A stretch of DNA of 61,901 nt, filler included, from Basidiobolus ranarum (GCA_040143965.1; 6 parts of 6 records of this genome joined end to end with filler, not necessarily neighbours in it); one strand, 5' to 3'. Shown: positions 25,691 to 38,121, numbered from the whole stretch's first letter. Translations and numbers: made by a program. Notes: generated by a model from the letters alone, not told the origin.

Positions 25691-28600
25691 CTCCCACTGA
25701 ACTAAATATTCATATATCTTAATCCTAACTTAAATTTTAATTCTTCAAATTTTGGCATGGATAATGATTTGGTAAGGATGTCAGCAATCATGTCCTCGGT
25801 TGGACAGTACTGTAGTTGGATATGCTTATTCTCAATAGCTTCCCTAACAAAGTGATGTTGAATGTCAATGTGCTTACTTCTAGCATGAAATTTGGGATTT
25901 TTAGTTAAAAATATACAACTTTGATTATCCTTGAAAATTATGGGGGGTGAACTTTGAAAAATGCCCAAGTCTTTGAACAGCTTCCTTAGCCACATAGCCT
26001 CCTTTGTTGTAAGTGTGCTGCCTTGTATTTTGTTTCAGTTGTTGAAAGTGCTACAGTGGGGTGTTTCTTGCTATTCCAAGATATTGCTGCTTCACTTTAG
26101 AGAAATGTATATTTAGTGATAGATCTTCTGTCCGCAATATCACATCCAAATCAGCATCACTAAGCCCAGTTAGATCCCTATTCTCATAAGAATATGTGTA
26201 TCTTAATCCCAGATTGATTGTCCTCTTCAAATATCTGAAAATCCACTTAACTGCTGCTTAATGCTCAGATCCTGTGTTTTGCACATGTTGGCTGACTACT
26301 CCCACTGCAAAAGAGATATCTGGCCAGGTTTCAGTCATAGTATAGATCAAACTGCCTACCATAGATTGATAAGGGAACTCAGAGCTTTCAAATGACATAT
26401 TATGAGCTATATTTGGCCAATTTTCATCATTTTGCTGTGATTTTTGACTAGTTTCAGGCCTAGATCCATGGGAATTGCTACTGGCTTACAATTCTCCATC
26501 CTGTAATGTCTGAGAATGTCTGAGATGTATTTAGATTGATTCAGCATAATAGATTTGCTTAATATATCTTTATGGATCAGCAGGCCTAAAAAATACAAAA
26601 GTTTACCTAAATTGGTTATCTTGAATTGGACCAATAGATCTCTTTTGGTGTTCCTGAGAGCTTCATCATTATTGGTAGCTATAATCAGATCATCTACATA
26701 TAAGGCAAGTATTGCCTTGTTGTCGTTTTCTGTCTTAAAGTAAATCTCGACATTTGCCATACTCATTTTGAAATCAAGTAATACCAAGTATGTGTCTATC
26801 CTAGTGTACCAGGCCCAGGATGATTGTTTAAGTCCATAAAGTGATTTTTTATCTTACACATGTCCTCAGAGTTCTCAGGATCAACAAAACCATCAGGTTG
26901 ATCTATAAATATATCCTCTTCCAAGTCCCCATTCAAGAAAGCAGTTTTAATATCCATTTGATGGATTTAAGCTGTGTTTTGCTGCTACTGCTAGTACAGA
27001 TCTGACATAATTGAGCTTTGCTACAGGAGCAAATGTTTTATTGTAGTCCACTCCATCCATTTGAGAGTATCTTTTAGCCACAAGTCCTGCTTTATATCTT
27101 TCTACAGATCCACCCACTTGCTGTTGAACCTTAAACACCCATTTGCAGCCAATTGATTTTTAGTCCTGAGATATCTTGACCAAAGTCCAATTTGATTATC
27201 TATGAGTGGCTGATACTACTCTGCCATTACAGCACTCCAAAACTTTGTGTTGGAACTCTCCATAGCCTCCTGTACTGATTTGAATTCATCAGAAAAGGCT
27301 AAGTTAGCACTGGGCTCCTTTTGGCTAGTGTGAGAGTAGTAATCAGGTGGAGATCTCATCTGATTAGATCTCCTAAGATGGGAAATTCCCACTACAAATT
27401 CTGGTACCAATTTAGGCTGTGAAACCACCTCATGCTTGGTTGAGGAGACTGCAGGTGAAGATTTTTCAATGCTTTTCTCACTGATCAGGATCTGGTTAGA
27501 GAGAAAAGAATTTTCATCAATTTTTGGTTGTTTTTTGTGATCCTGGATTGTTTTGATTGAAAGCTTTTCTTCTTCAACAAACTCCACCTCCATTGACTTG
27601 ATAAGCCTCTCATTTTCAGTGTCATGTAGTCTGTACCCTTTTGTTCGATCACAATATCTCAAAAAAAGACATTTCTGGCTTTTTTAGTCTAATTTTGTTC
27701 TCTCTGGTCTGGAATCATCACATGTGAAGTACTTCCAGAAACTCTGAGATTAGTTACATCAGGTTTACTTCCAAACCAAGCTTGATAAGGTGTCATAGCC
27801 AATAGAGACCTATTAGGTCAACTATTCCTAGTATCTACTGCAGTAGCATCCAATTCAGCCCAAACTGTTTTGGTAAATCTTGATCATGAAGCATTGATCT
27901 TGCCTTTTCCATTATTGATCTGTTTGCACTTTCTGCTACTCCATTCTGCTGTGGAGAATAGAACACTGTAGTCCGCTGTTTTATCCCATGTGTTGACCAG
28001 AAGATAGAGAAGAACTTTGAGGTATATTCCCCTCCATTAGGATTGCAGATGATCTTAATGTTTAGACCTTTTTCAATCTCCACCATTGCTTTGAATTTCT
28101 TGAAGGTATCAAAGGCTTCATCCTTACTGGCCAGAAAATATGCCCAAGTATACTTTGACTTATCATAAATAAAGGTCATGAACTACCTTTTTCCACCTAA
28201 GGATTTTGTCTGCATTGGGCCACACAGATCTGAGTGTATCAGGCCCAATTTGTGATACATTTTGCTCATTCCAGAGACCACAAACAGCTGTCTGTGTTGC
28301 CTACAATATAGGCAGCCTTCACATAGCTCCACATCTGGTGGAATTAGGAATTTTAGTCCCAAAACCATCTTGTTTTTGATCAAATATCTCATATTTTCAG
28401 CTCCTAGATGACCCAATATCCTATGCCAGATTTTCCAGTCTATCTCTTCAGTTGTGGCAGCATTAACATGTTCATATATTAGCCTAATATAATGAAGTTT
28501 ATACAAGTCATTTTGCTTAGCTCCTGGAGCTACATACTTCCCATTTTGATCACTGATTGAACAGCCATTTTGATCAAAATTAAAGCCATATCCCTCAGAT

Positions 28601-29689
28601 ATAGCTTTACTCACTGATAACAAATTTTTTGCCATCCCAGGCACATATAGCACATTTTTCAGTGCCAAATATATGTCCCCAGAGATGCCCCCAAAATCCA
28701 CTTCAATTTCTCCAACTCCTAGAGCTTCTAGTGGACAGTCATCTCCCATATAAACTTTCTTATTTATGTCAGTTTAGAGTGTCTTAAACCAGTTTTTTGA
28801 TTAGAGATATGTTGAGAGGCTCCAAAATCAATAAACTACAAGCTACAGTCTTGTTCAGAGGTCACTGATAGGGCAGATATCAATAAGACTTCATCTTTGG
28901 TTGAAACTTGATTTGCTTTTTCTGACTTTGCACTTTTCCGGTAATTTCTTGATTTGCAATCTTTTAACTGGTGTCCTGGTTTGTTACAACCATAGCATAA
29001 ACCTGGATTCCTTCTTTTGTAATCATTGTACTTGCCAAAGCTAGATTTTCCAGCTCCAAAAAGAGCCACTTCCTCAGATTTGTTTCCAAATTCTTACTTC
29101 TGAGGTGTTGATCCATTAGTCTTGCCACCACAAACTCTAAAGACAACTTGTCAGATCTTGCTTCCAAAGCTCTGACCAAGTTTGAATACTGTTCTGGTAG
29201 AGTACTTAGAATGGTCATTATGACAACCTTTTCCATTAATGTTACACCAATATTTTCCAGTTGTTTTGCCAAAGATCCCACATTTACAATAGGAGTAATC
29301 ATGCAATCAGACTTTTCCTTCTTTATATGGAATAATTTTTGTCTGAGAAAGAGTCTATTTCAAGACTCTGTGCTTTATAACACTCTTCCAATATAGTCCA
29401 TGCTTGATGGGAAGTCTTTGCATATTGAATATTCACAAGTTGTGAATCCTTCAAACTTTGACAAATGACATTAAAGGCCTTCTGGTCTCTTTTCTTGTGA
29501 GCTTCCAACAAAGAAGGGTTAGAAGGTTCCTTTTCATCTCTAGATACTACATCCAAAAGCTCCCTGTCTTCCAGCATGATTTGCATATTGAACTTCCAGA
29601 AATTGTAGTTTTCTCCATCAAGCTTTTGAACACTTGTGTTGATAAAAGTGGTAGTAGTGGCTTCTGTCATGGTGTAAAGGTTAGAACAT

Positions 29690-29702
29690 GGGGCTCATAA
29701 CC
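29690..29702 (-). other. Primer-binding site GGTTATGAGCCCC (half-tRNA-iMet type)
   Basis: Abuts the 5' LTR; complementary to the CAU anticodon arm of initiator tRNA, as in Drosophila copia and yeast Ty5. Confidence 0.8.
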
Positions 29703-30080
29703 AATTGGGAAAATAAGAGCTGTTTGGAGGAACTTTTAGAAAAGTGGAGTTGTGAATAGCTCTGTGAGATAATTATTTACTGTCCAGAAATAAAGCTTTA
29801 TACATTTTGATGGAAATACAGAGAACCATCACTGGGGTTGTGTTCAGAACATCTGTGGGAGTAAAATGAGCTATCTTTGGGGCAATTTGGACAAGTTTGA
29901 AATTTCCAACATGGAGTTGTTGATTCTGACATTATTCACATATATATATAATATATGTTCTGATTTTCAGCTAAGTGATATTTGACTAAGTACTGTTAAC
30001 TAACTTAAATGTGATATATGAAATAGTCAGGTGTATAAAGATAGAGATAACAAATATAATAAAGACAATGAACTTCAACA
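29703..30080 (-). repeat. 5' LTR of element A
   Basis: Ends ...TTCAACA at 30080, immediately followed by the TSD. Confidence 0.93.
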
Positions 30081-30316
30081 TGGATTATATGTAAGTTTGT
30101 ATTTGTTATGCTCCATATTTCCTAAAGCTAAATACTTCACATTTTCATCAGTGATGGTGCATCCTGACTTATCAAAATTGAATTAAATCCCTTCTGGGGT
30201 GGCCGTGCATACAGATGTTGGATTGTTGCCAATATCTGGAGCATGCAATACTTCCTTAAAGGTATACACTTTCTCTTCAGAAGCTCCAGTTAAAGTGAAT
30301 TGAATTGTTCCAGTGG

Positions 30317-30967
30317 TGTCCAAGAAAAAAGTAGATAAAAAGTCTCAAACTTAACTGAACCAACAAAACAGTTAAGTGCAGAATCTTAGAACTGTTTAAG
30401 TAGGATATATAAGCAGAGCAGATCTAACTAATATATGTCTTGGGAATAGCAGTGGGTTGCTATGTTATGGTAGATAGTAGGTTTGCTAGGCAGCTAGGCT
30501 TGGTGTTCTGTAGATGTTAGTGGATACTAGGCTTGGATAGCAATGAGAGAGGAATATTGAATTTGGTGAGACACACTAGAAGTGTTGAGATCCTATGGTT
30601 GTTGAGACATACAATAAACCAAAAGGTTCACTTAGCTTTACTTATACTTTTTGAATGCAAAGTGAATTAGTCAGTGCCAAAATATTAGATGACTAATGCT
30701 GATAAAAGATAATGTTACTGAATAGGTAGATAGATAGATAGATAAGTGAGTTGTGCATGTTGAAATTAGGTAAATAGCAACTCATTATTTAGTAGTTAGT
30801 TTATTCATATTCTGATTATTTAGCACTCAATTCTGTTATTCAAAAACGTGTGTTTGTTGCTCTAATTGATAGAAATATCAATTAGATCACTTTTACCAAT
30901 TTTCACTATTTTCTCAAAACTTCTCCAAATCACCTCAAATTTTCACCCATGCTTAACAGGCATGTTT
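30317..30967. repeat. Dispersed repeat, probably the LTR or terminus of another element; second copy at 51449-51606; right boundary uncertain
   Basis: Both copies begin at TGTCCAAG and align for ~158 bp, including TATATAAG; short (TAGA)n run at 30727-30744; CpG-depleted. Confidence 0.7.
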
Positions 30968-31067
30968 NNNNNNNNNNNNNNNNNNNNNNNNNNNNNNNNN
31001 NNNNNNNNNNNTTAATTAATTAANNNNNNNNNNNNNNNNNNNNNNNNNNNNNNNNNNNNNNNNNNNN
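30968..31067. other. Artificial contig linker
   Basis: N44-TTAATTAATTAA-N44. Confidence 0.99.
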
Positions 31068-34000
31068 CATTAGACGAAGAGTTTGGAAAGATGCCCTTTT
31101 CATCTTTAATTCGAATCTCATTTTTGGAAATATCATCATAAATCTCTTCCAAAAACTTATCAGGTAGATCGGCTTTATCGTCGATTCCAGCATTATTTTT
31201 AAGGAACTCGGCCTTGGTCATTCTGTTCTTTACTTGAGGATTGTGAAGATCAGTGTTAAGCATAATCACTGAATAAGCCAAAACGTAGGCTGTATCGGCG
31301 TTAGCAAACACACCGGCGTTTCCAATCACGTAACGCTCAGCAAACTTGAGCATAAATCTATCGATTTTTTGCGCTTCGCCAGGTAAACGGAAGGGTTGAA
31401 GGAATTTTCGAAGTGCGTCAACAAAGTGCATCTTACTAAAGTTTAAGCTATCGACAAATGCATGCATAATCAAGATATTTTCTTCACTCCCTTCACCTAA
31501 GAATTCACCCAACGTCGTCTTATTAACTCCTTCCGATCTAAGCAAAAAGCGAGCGATGGTTTTGGCTTCACTATTTTCGATACAATGTGTGTCAAGGAGG
31601 AAGCTCAACCCTTTCTTAGGTCTCCAATTGAACATCTGAATACCCTGCTGAAGTACCTGCTTTCTATGTTTCAGGTTTTCAAATTGACTGGGATCGTCCA
31701 GTGCAAGTGATCGGACACTCGGAGCAGAGGTGCTAAGTACAGGGCTAGGGGATGAATACCCGTTCAACTCTGCAACAGAGCCTGTGTTAATTTCATATAC
31801 ATCTTCGCTCTTACGTGGACTAGAGCGGCCTAGTTTATCGTCATCAAAGGTACCATTTTCTCCTTCCGACATCATCAAGCCCTTGTCACTCCATGTTGTA
31901 AGAGACCTGAGTACAGCAACAAGACACTCTAACGCTTTCTGTCTGATGTCATTTTCATTGCCTTGGTTTTGAAGTTGAGAAGCTAAGGTGTTATTGAATG
32001 ACGTAGTCGTCAATGAAGGTTGAATTAGGCCATTCGAAGGGGAGGTCGAATTGGGATGCTGGCTAGGGTACGAACTTCCAGGAGGTGAGGGAGCAGTATG
32101 AATGGTAGTAATCTTCGAGATAACGTTAACTAGTCTCTCATAAATATTATCTAAGGCTTCTTTATCACAATCGTAATTCAAATAGATTTCGACCAGTGTT
32201 TGGGGATCATTGCAAATACTCTCCAATACACCGAGTAAAGCCAGCCTCTGGTGGAAGGAGGCCGAACGCATCTCCAGAATGGGGAGGAAGATTTCCTTGA
32301 AAAATACCTCGATCTCCTTCTTCAAAAGCATTCTTAACCCTTGTAGAAGCTTCAAAAATATCTCAAGTGAGACCTCGAAGACACCACTCACAGTAGAAGT
32401 GAGATTTCTGCTTAAACTCAAGCATAGATACTGCTTGACAGATGTCAAAAGAGTGACATGAACGGGTTGGTTGTTATCGGTGTATGTGATGAACCCTACG
32501 TTGGATGAAGCGAAAATTTCCAGGTGAGAGGTGATGATGGTTAGGATAAGATGAAGAGACAAGAGTTTTGAGCGCATAGAGAGAGATTTCACATCGGATG
32601 CCCCATCAGTCGTGATGGGTTTCATTGACAAGCGGCAAAGTGCTCTGAACAACAAGTATGCGTCTCGAACCTCCAGGTCATTTAGAGGAGCGCTTTGGTT
32701 CTCCACATTCTCATGTTCTTTGGGAAGGTCATCTTGTGTCGTTGCCATGGATTTAGCAATCTCATTGTCCTTAAATGCGCTTGATATACTATCTGACTTC
32801 TTGTGCTCATGAGATGATTGCTCTTCGTCAGAGTTAGCTGGTTGAGGTTGATTTTCGGATGTCTCACTTACTGTATGTGGGGTTGACTCGTCAAGAGCGG
32901 AGTTTTCGGTCGGTGCTTCGACCTTGACATCAGCAACGTCCGCTGATTTTTCAATATTCGAGTCTAAAGGAATATCCACCAAACCATCGTCATCAATATT
33001 TGCAAACTCATCACTGATAGACTTGATTTGCTCATGTTCAGGAGTGGTATGAGCTAATGAACTTTCAACAGGCGATGAGCTCTCATCTTTGCCTTCAATA
33101 TCACTGCTTGCTGTGACATTCGGACTTTTTTCACCCTCAACTGAACTCTCTTGCTTGTCTTCTATGGTTGTGGAGGACAATTTATTTTCCAGGTCAGCTG
33201 TGTCGGACGTGGAGATAGATAGATCTCCAGAGTCATGTGTTGAGGGAATATCCTTGACATCCTGGCCGGAATCACTGCGAACAAGCTTAGCAGTGTGTGC
33301 TGCTGGGTCAAGGTCGCCATTTGATTTTGCGTCTTTCTTCATCCGAATTCGAGCAAAAATAGCGTGGACCATTTGAGTCAATGTACCTTGAGCAATAGTT
33401 TGATTTACTGGATCTCTAGAGAGTAGGAAGATGTTATAAGTGGTTCGAACAGCCTTGAGTAGTACTCTTTGATGAATAGAAAAAGTATCCGAAGTAATTG
33501 CCGCTAATAGAGCCTTTAAGAGGGGAAATATATCTTAATACAATGACTGATATTAATTTTACTTTATAAATAAACCAATAATTACCTTGATAATTTGTAA
33601 TTGGATCTTTTCATTCGTGTTTTCTCCAGCAAAGCAATCACATACAAGATCAATAAGTTGATCTGTTAAAGGTATCTGTCCGACAGGTGGTAGGTCACCG
33701 GCAGAATCTTCCAAAGATACCTTACTCTGCCCTTCTATAACTTCCGAAGTAACTTCTGCAGTAGAAGTTCTCGGTGAAGTGGGAGCTATAACTGAGGTTG
33801 TCTCACCATTAATAATGTAATTATAAGTAATGAGACTTCCTAAGCAGTCGATGGCAATAATAATAAGATTGATTGCCCCAGTTTCGCAAGCCATTTTAAG
33901 AGGTAAAAAAAGGGTTTCTGAATCACTAAAAAAAGAGCTTCAAGATTAAAGAGGAACTTCCAAAGGTAAAGTAGTGAAGGGTTAATACCTAGCAGTACAA

Positions 34001-34323
34001 ACAGATGCGTCTGGGTAGTTTCTTATCACGTCTATTGTTTAAGTGAGGTTACATTTAGATATTTCGGATTAGGACTGTGTTTGGAACAGAGGAAACAATA
34101 GTAGTTAATAAGTTTAAGAAATGAACGTGCCTAAAGCTTTTGTTACGGCCTCATCAAGTTGCTTATTCTTTTTTGTCTGCTTCAACTTCTGGAGTTTCTC
34201 AAGCGCATTAATGATAAATAAAGCACCAGCAGCTAGGTGGCTTTTCGAGGCAGCGGTAGATGACGAGATGTCGGTAGCCGTCGAAGCCGTGGGGGAAGGA
34301 GGTCCTGTTGCAGTTTCGGACAT
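31068..34323 (-). CDS. SEC7: Large Arf-GEF Sec7/BIG (DCB, HUS and Sec7 domains), multi-exon, 3'-truncated by the contig end
   Basis: LFLPLKMACE, QLQIIK, VRTTYNIFLLS...AQGTLTQMV, DAYLLFRALCRLSMK, HUS box YLNYDCD, FRLPGEAQKIDR, IMLNTDLHN. Confidence 0.96.
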
Positions 34324-35086
34324 CGGGAATGCCTCTACCCAAAGAATGTAATGAAAGTAAACTTTAGGGGGAAAAGGCGGAAGTTGTAGAGATAAAAGTT
34401 ACAAGAAACTACACAAAAGTACAAAGTGCATGGAAAACACGAAGTGGAAATTTGATATATCTCAGAATTTACTCCACCCTCGGTCAACACGAATCAGTAG
34501 AAATTGGCAATATTACTTGCTAACTTCATTCAATCAAGATCCTATTTTCTGACAAATACTGTCCATTAATAACAGATTTGGATGTGATCGGAATATCTAT
34601 GGCTATGTTTAAGTAAGCTGCTTGCAAGATCCGTTGAGATTGCTGGAAATTATTCCGTATATCCACAGCAAACAACTACACAAACATGAAATACCGTTCT
34701 ATGCGATGCCAGGACATAGAGCTACGATAACATTTTGCTATGCCGAGTCTTCGGGAAATTCAAACGGGCTTTGTCATGTGATTATCCGATCGATCAGTGT
34801 AACTAACTGGTGAGGACTGTAAAAAAATACTGAATATAAGGGAACGCACTAAGCAAAGTGCTGTTAGTGTTTTCTGGGATATGTACAGTATCTCATCTCT
34901 CACGTTGGTGCACTAAGCTATATGGCGTTCAGATATTGTATAGAAAATCCATCATGTTTTGATTTTAAGATCGAATAAAATCCATGTTTACTACAAGTAA
35001 AATCCAAATATTACACGCAATTGTGATACATTTTGTTTGTGTTCGAGACAAAGTTACCAAAGCATTGCCCTCATTGTGGTAAAGAT

Positions 35087-36918
35087 ATGAGTGAACGAAG
35101 AACAAGAAGAAAACCACGTCAAAACGTCAGGTAATATAGGGGAACATCTGTCAACTTTGTCGACCTATTTTAAGCTTTAGTGTAGGCTAATGTTCTTTCC
35201 TTCAGTGCTGCTCACTATGTCGGTTATGTTGAAGACAACGAGTCAGTGGAAGCGATTATGAAGAAGTTCGAGGAATTAGAGAAGATACAAAGCGAAATCG
35301 CTAAATCAAATGCTCAAAAATCTGTGAGCGCCATTGAGACTGCCGAGCCTATCAATACTAATCCAGGCGTACTCTCTGAAGTTAGTGAGGTGAATTCACC
35401 CAAATCTTCTGAGAGAAAGATAGAACAAGGTCTCACCGAGGAACAGTTAGAAGAGGTCTTTAAGCAGACAAGTGGATTCACTGTCAGATCAGCCGTTACT
35501 AACGAGGATATCGATGCAGTTGATGATTTAGAAATATGGAGAATGGATGTGGCTAATGGTGACACGGCTGAATTCGAAGAAGAAGAGTAAGCAAATGACG
35601 AAATGTAATCTCGTTAGATTGTCAAGTTTATTTACTTGTTCAACTTTTAGTGATTATCTGGCAGTTGATGATGATTTCTGGGATGAAGAGTTCGGTGCGA
35701 TTAGAAAAAGAAACAGAAAAACTGGAGTTCCTGGTGAAAGAAGGGGCAGATTGGACAAAGAAAGTATTCTACAACGTTATCGAATTATGCATGTTAGATT
35801 GCAAGATCGAAACGGTAACTTCTTCATGGTCAAGAAGAAAGTCAGGTATCAAAAGTATTTTATTCTCTTGGACGTACTCACATTACTCATTATTGTTGAG
35901 TTTCAATAGTGCTATAGATCCTAGTCTTCCTACGTACGTCAAAATCCCAGCCATTCCAATCCCCAGGTCTTGGGTCCATACTATACTCGAGAAGAAGGCG
36001 ATTGAACATGAGATACCCGGTTCTAGGTAATGTCTAGTTGAACGAATGTCAAATAGTGGATGGAATTCATTGACATGTCCTCCCCTCAGGTACTACGAAA
36101 CCAACATCATGTCCCTTGACCTTCTCGCTATTGGTAAACACTTTCAGGTGATATATATGGATCCACCACTTCTTCTCCCTAACGAAAAGCCATCACCTGG
36201 AAAAATCACACTTGAGCAACTGGTAAAACATGTTTGTGAAGTATTTTGATGGCTAGTATATACTGACTTGGCTACAGGCTGCTCTTGAAATCTCACGCAT
36301 CGTGCCTGTCGGTTTTCTTTTCGTGTGGATTGAAAAGGAGTATCTCCCAGATATTGTACAAATTGCCGATAAATGGGGCTTTAAATACGTAGAGAATTTT
36401 TGCTGGATCAAGAAAAACATCAACAACCAAATTGCGTGTCAACCCTCCACGTATTTTAGAAAATCAAAGCTGTCTTTACTAATATTCCGAAAGGTAGCTC
36501 TTTCTAGCCCATCGACTACATGGACCATATGTTTAACCTGAGATTGCCCATTGTAGGAGGGAGATATCGAACTCCGTCATCAACGTAATCCCGATTGCGT
36601 TTTCGACTTTATTAAGCCTTTACAAGGTATGTCGCGGTGGATGTTTTTGTAGATATTGTGTGACTAATGTGCATTTGCTCCAGAGCATGAAATTACGGAA
36701 AGAAAGCCAAAGTTCATTTACAACGTTATTGAGACTATGTTGCCAACCGCTCTTCACAGCGAAGATAATCCGGGTGGAGAACGAATGCTTGAATTGTAGG
36801 AAACCATGTTATCTTACTTGCACTATATATGTCCTAACCCTCTATGATCCTTAGGTGGGCCAAGAAGAACTCACGAAGACAGGGTTGGACGACGATTGTC
36901 GACCACACTGCTTTATAA
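35087..36918 (+). CDS. MT-A70 family protein, MTA9/AMT6-7-like partner subunit of the ApT 6mA DNA methyltransferase complex; about 8 exons
   Basis: Spliced product contains YVGYVEDNESVEAIMKKFEELE, FQVIYMDPPL (DPPW motif altered), GFLFVWIEK, GFKYVENFCWIK, YFRKSKLSLLIFRK, ELRHQRNPDCVFDF, KPKFIYNVIETMLP and MLELWAKK...RQGWTTI; stop at 36916-36918. Confidence 0.82.
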
Positions 36919-37193
36919 ATAATAGATCTATTTTTACAGAAACATGCCGCCCTCGTACATCATCAACCCACCCATAGACAATGTTGATTATTCTCAGTTG
37001 ATCGCATGTTACTCGATTTTGTCTTTGTACTACGCTTCAGTAAGATTGCCCATAATAATAATACTTTGACCATGAAATCTTCGATGATTGGACAGAAATA
37101 GAGCTTCCCGAACCAATTTTAGACATATGTCAAGTGAGAGAGGCATATATGACTAGTTAATTTTAGAAATTGTTCTATCTCTCAACCATTACC

Positions 37194-37733
37194 ATGAAAT
37201 CCTTTAGAATAGTTGAAGCCCATGTTAACCCGGAGGTTATTGCGCTACCAGCAGATAGCTCTGACATGCCCGAGATTATGAACCTGCTCATTGAAACTGC
37301 TAAATGGCTCTCGAGTAAGGGGATTGCTCAATGGTCCGAATTGATTGAAGGCGAAGATAAGCACAACATGGCCAAACGCATCGAAGAGGGAAGTGTATTC
37401 AAATTCGAGAAGTACCATAAATTAGTTGGGGTAGTTATTTTGCTGGAACATCCAAGCCTTTGGGATGTGGAGCTGTGGGGAAGTGAATGCCATGAAGAAT
37501 CCCTCTACTTGCATAGACTTGCCACTAGTAGAGAACATACTGGCCTTGGGAGAGAGATCATGAACTGGGTAGAGCATGGTGTGTTGTTTTCAAACAAGAC
37601 ACAGATTCGTTTAGATTGTATTGGCACTAGTGTTCCACTCAATAACTTCTATAAGAGCCTTGAATATAATTACCGAGGACAAAGTCCTTCTGGTTTTAGT
37701 TTATTTGAGAAAGCGCTAATAACCAAGTCTTAA
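37194..37733 (+). CDS. GNAT-family N-acetyltransferase, intronless, bacterial (Bacillales)-like
   Basis: AKWLSSKGIAQWS, LYLHRLATSREHTGLGREIMNW (acetyl-CoA motif A), IRLDCI...LNNFYKSLEY; ATG in an ACCATG context. Confidence 0.85.
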   Translation: MKSFRIVEAHVNPEVIALPADSSDMPEIMNLLIETAKWLSSKGIAQWSELIEGEDKHNMAKRIEEGSVFKFEKYHKLVGVVILLEHPSLWDVELWGSECHEESLYLHRLATSREHTGLGREIMNWVEHGVLFSNKTQIRLDCIGTSVPLNNFYKSLEYNYRGQSPSGFSLFEKALITKS

Positions 37734-38121
37734 TATGTTAATAAAGTCAATGCATTTGCACATCACGTGCACTCCTAGGAAGCTCATAGATACTGATGGA
37801 ATAGAGAGGAATGGAAATTCGCATGATGTTATGGAGATGGATCTTTTTTTTCGGTCCAAGATTGAGATTCCTTTTTTTAACCCAAATTGAGTCCCAAAAT
37901 TGAGGCGACTTTTTGTTGGTGGTAACAAGTTATTTTTTTGACCCCCTTTTTCTCATCTTTCTTGAGCTTGACAGTCAGAAAGGTTCTCTTTGCTTCGAGT
38001 GTTAGCGCTTTTTTTGCATTTAATAGCTCGACATTATAGTACTGTTAATCATTTTTCTTACTTAAAAACACCTTTTTGTTTTATTATTTCTTTGTTCTTA
38101 GTTTAAACATTCGTTTATAAG

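Larger units (their letters stand above)
25313..30080 (-). mobile_element. Full-length (4768 bp) but decayed Ty1/copia LTR retrotransposon, element A
   Basis: Two 378-bp LTRs; 5-bp TSD TGGAT at 25308-25312 and 30081-30085; PBS next to the 5' LTR; purine tract at ~25691-25697; gag ATG at 29670 (KLDGENYNFWKF), CYGCNKPGHQLKDC knuckle, then PR, IN, RT (LYVDDL) and RH (DNQSCI...KHIDI...ADILTK) in copia order; many stops and frameshifts. Confidence 0.96.
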
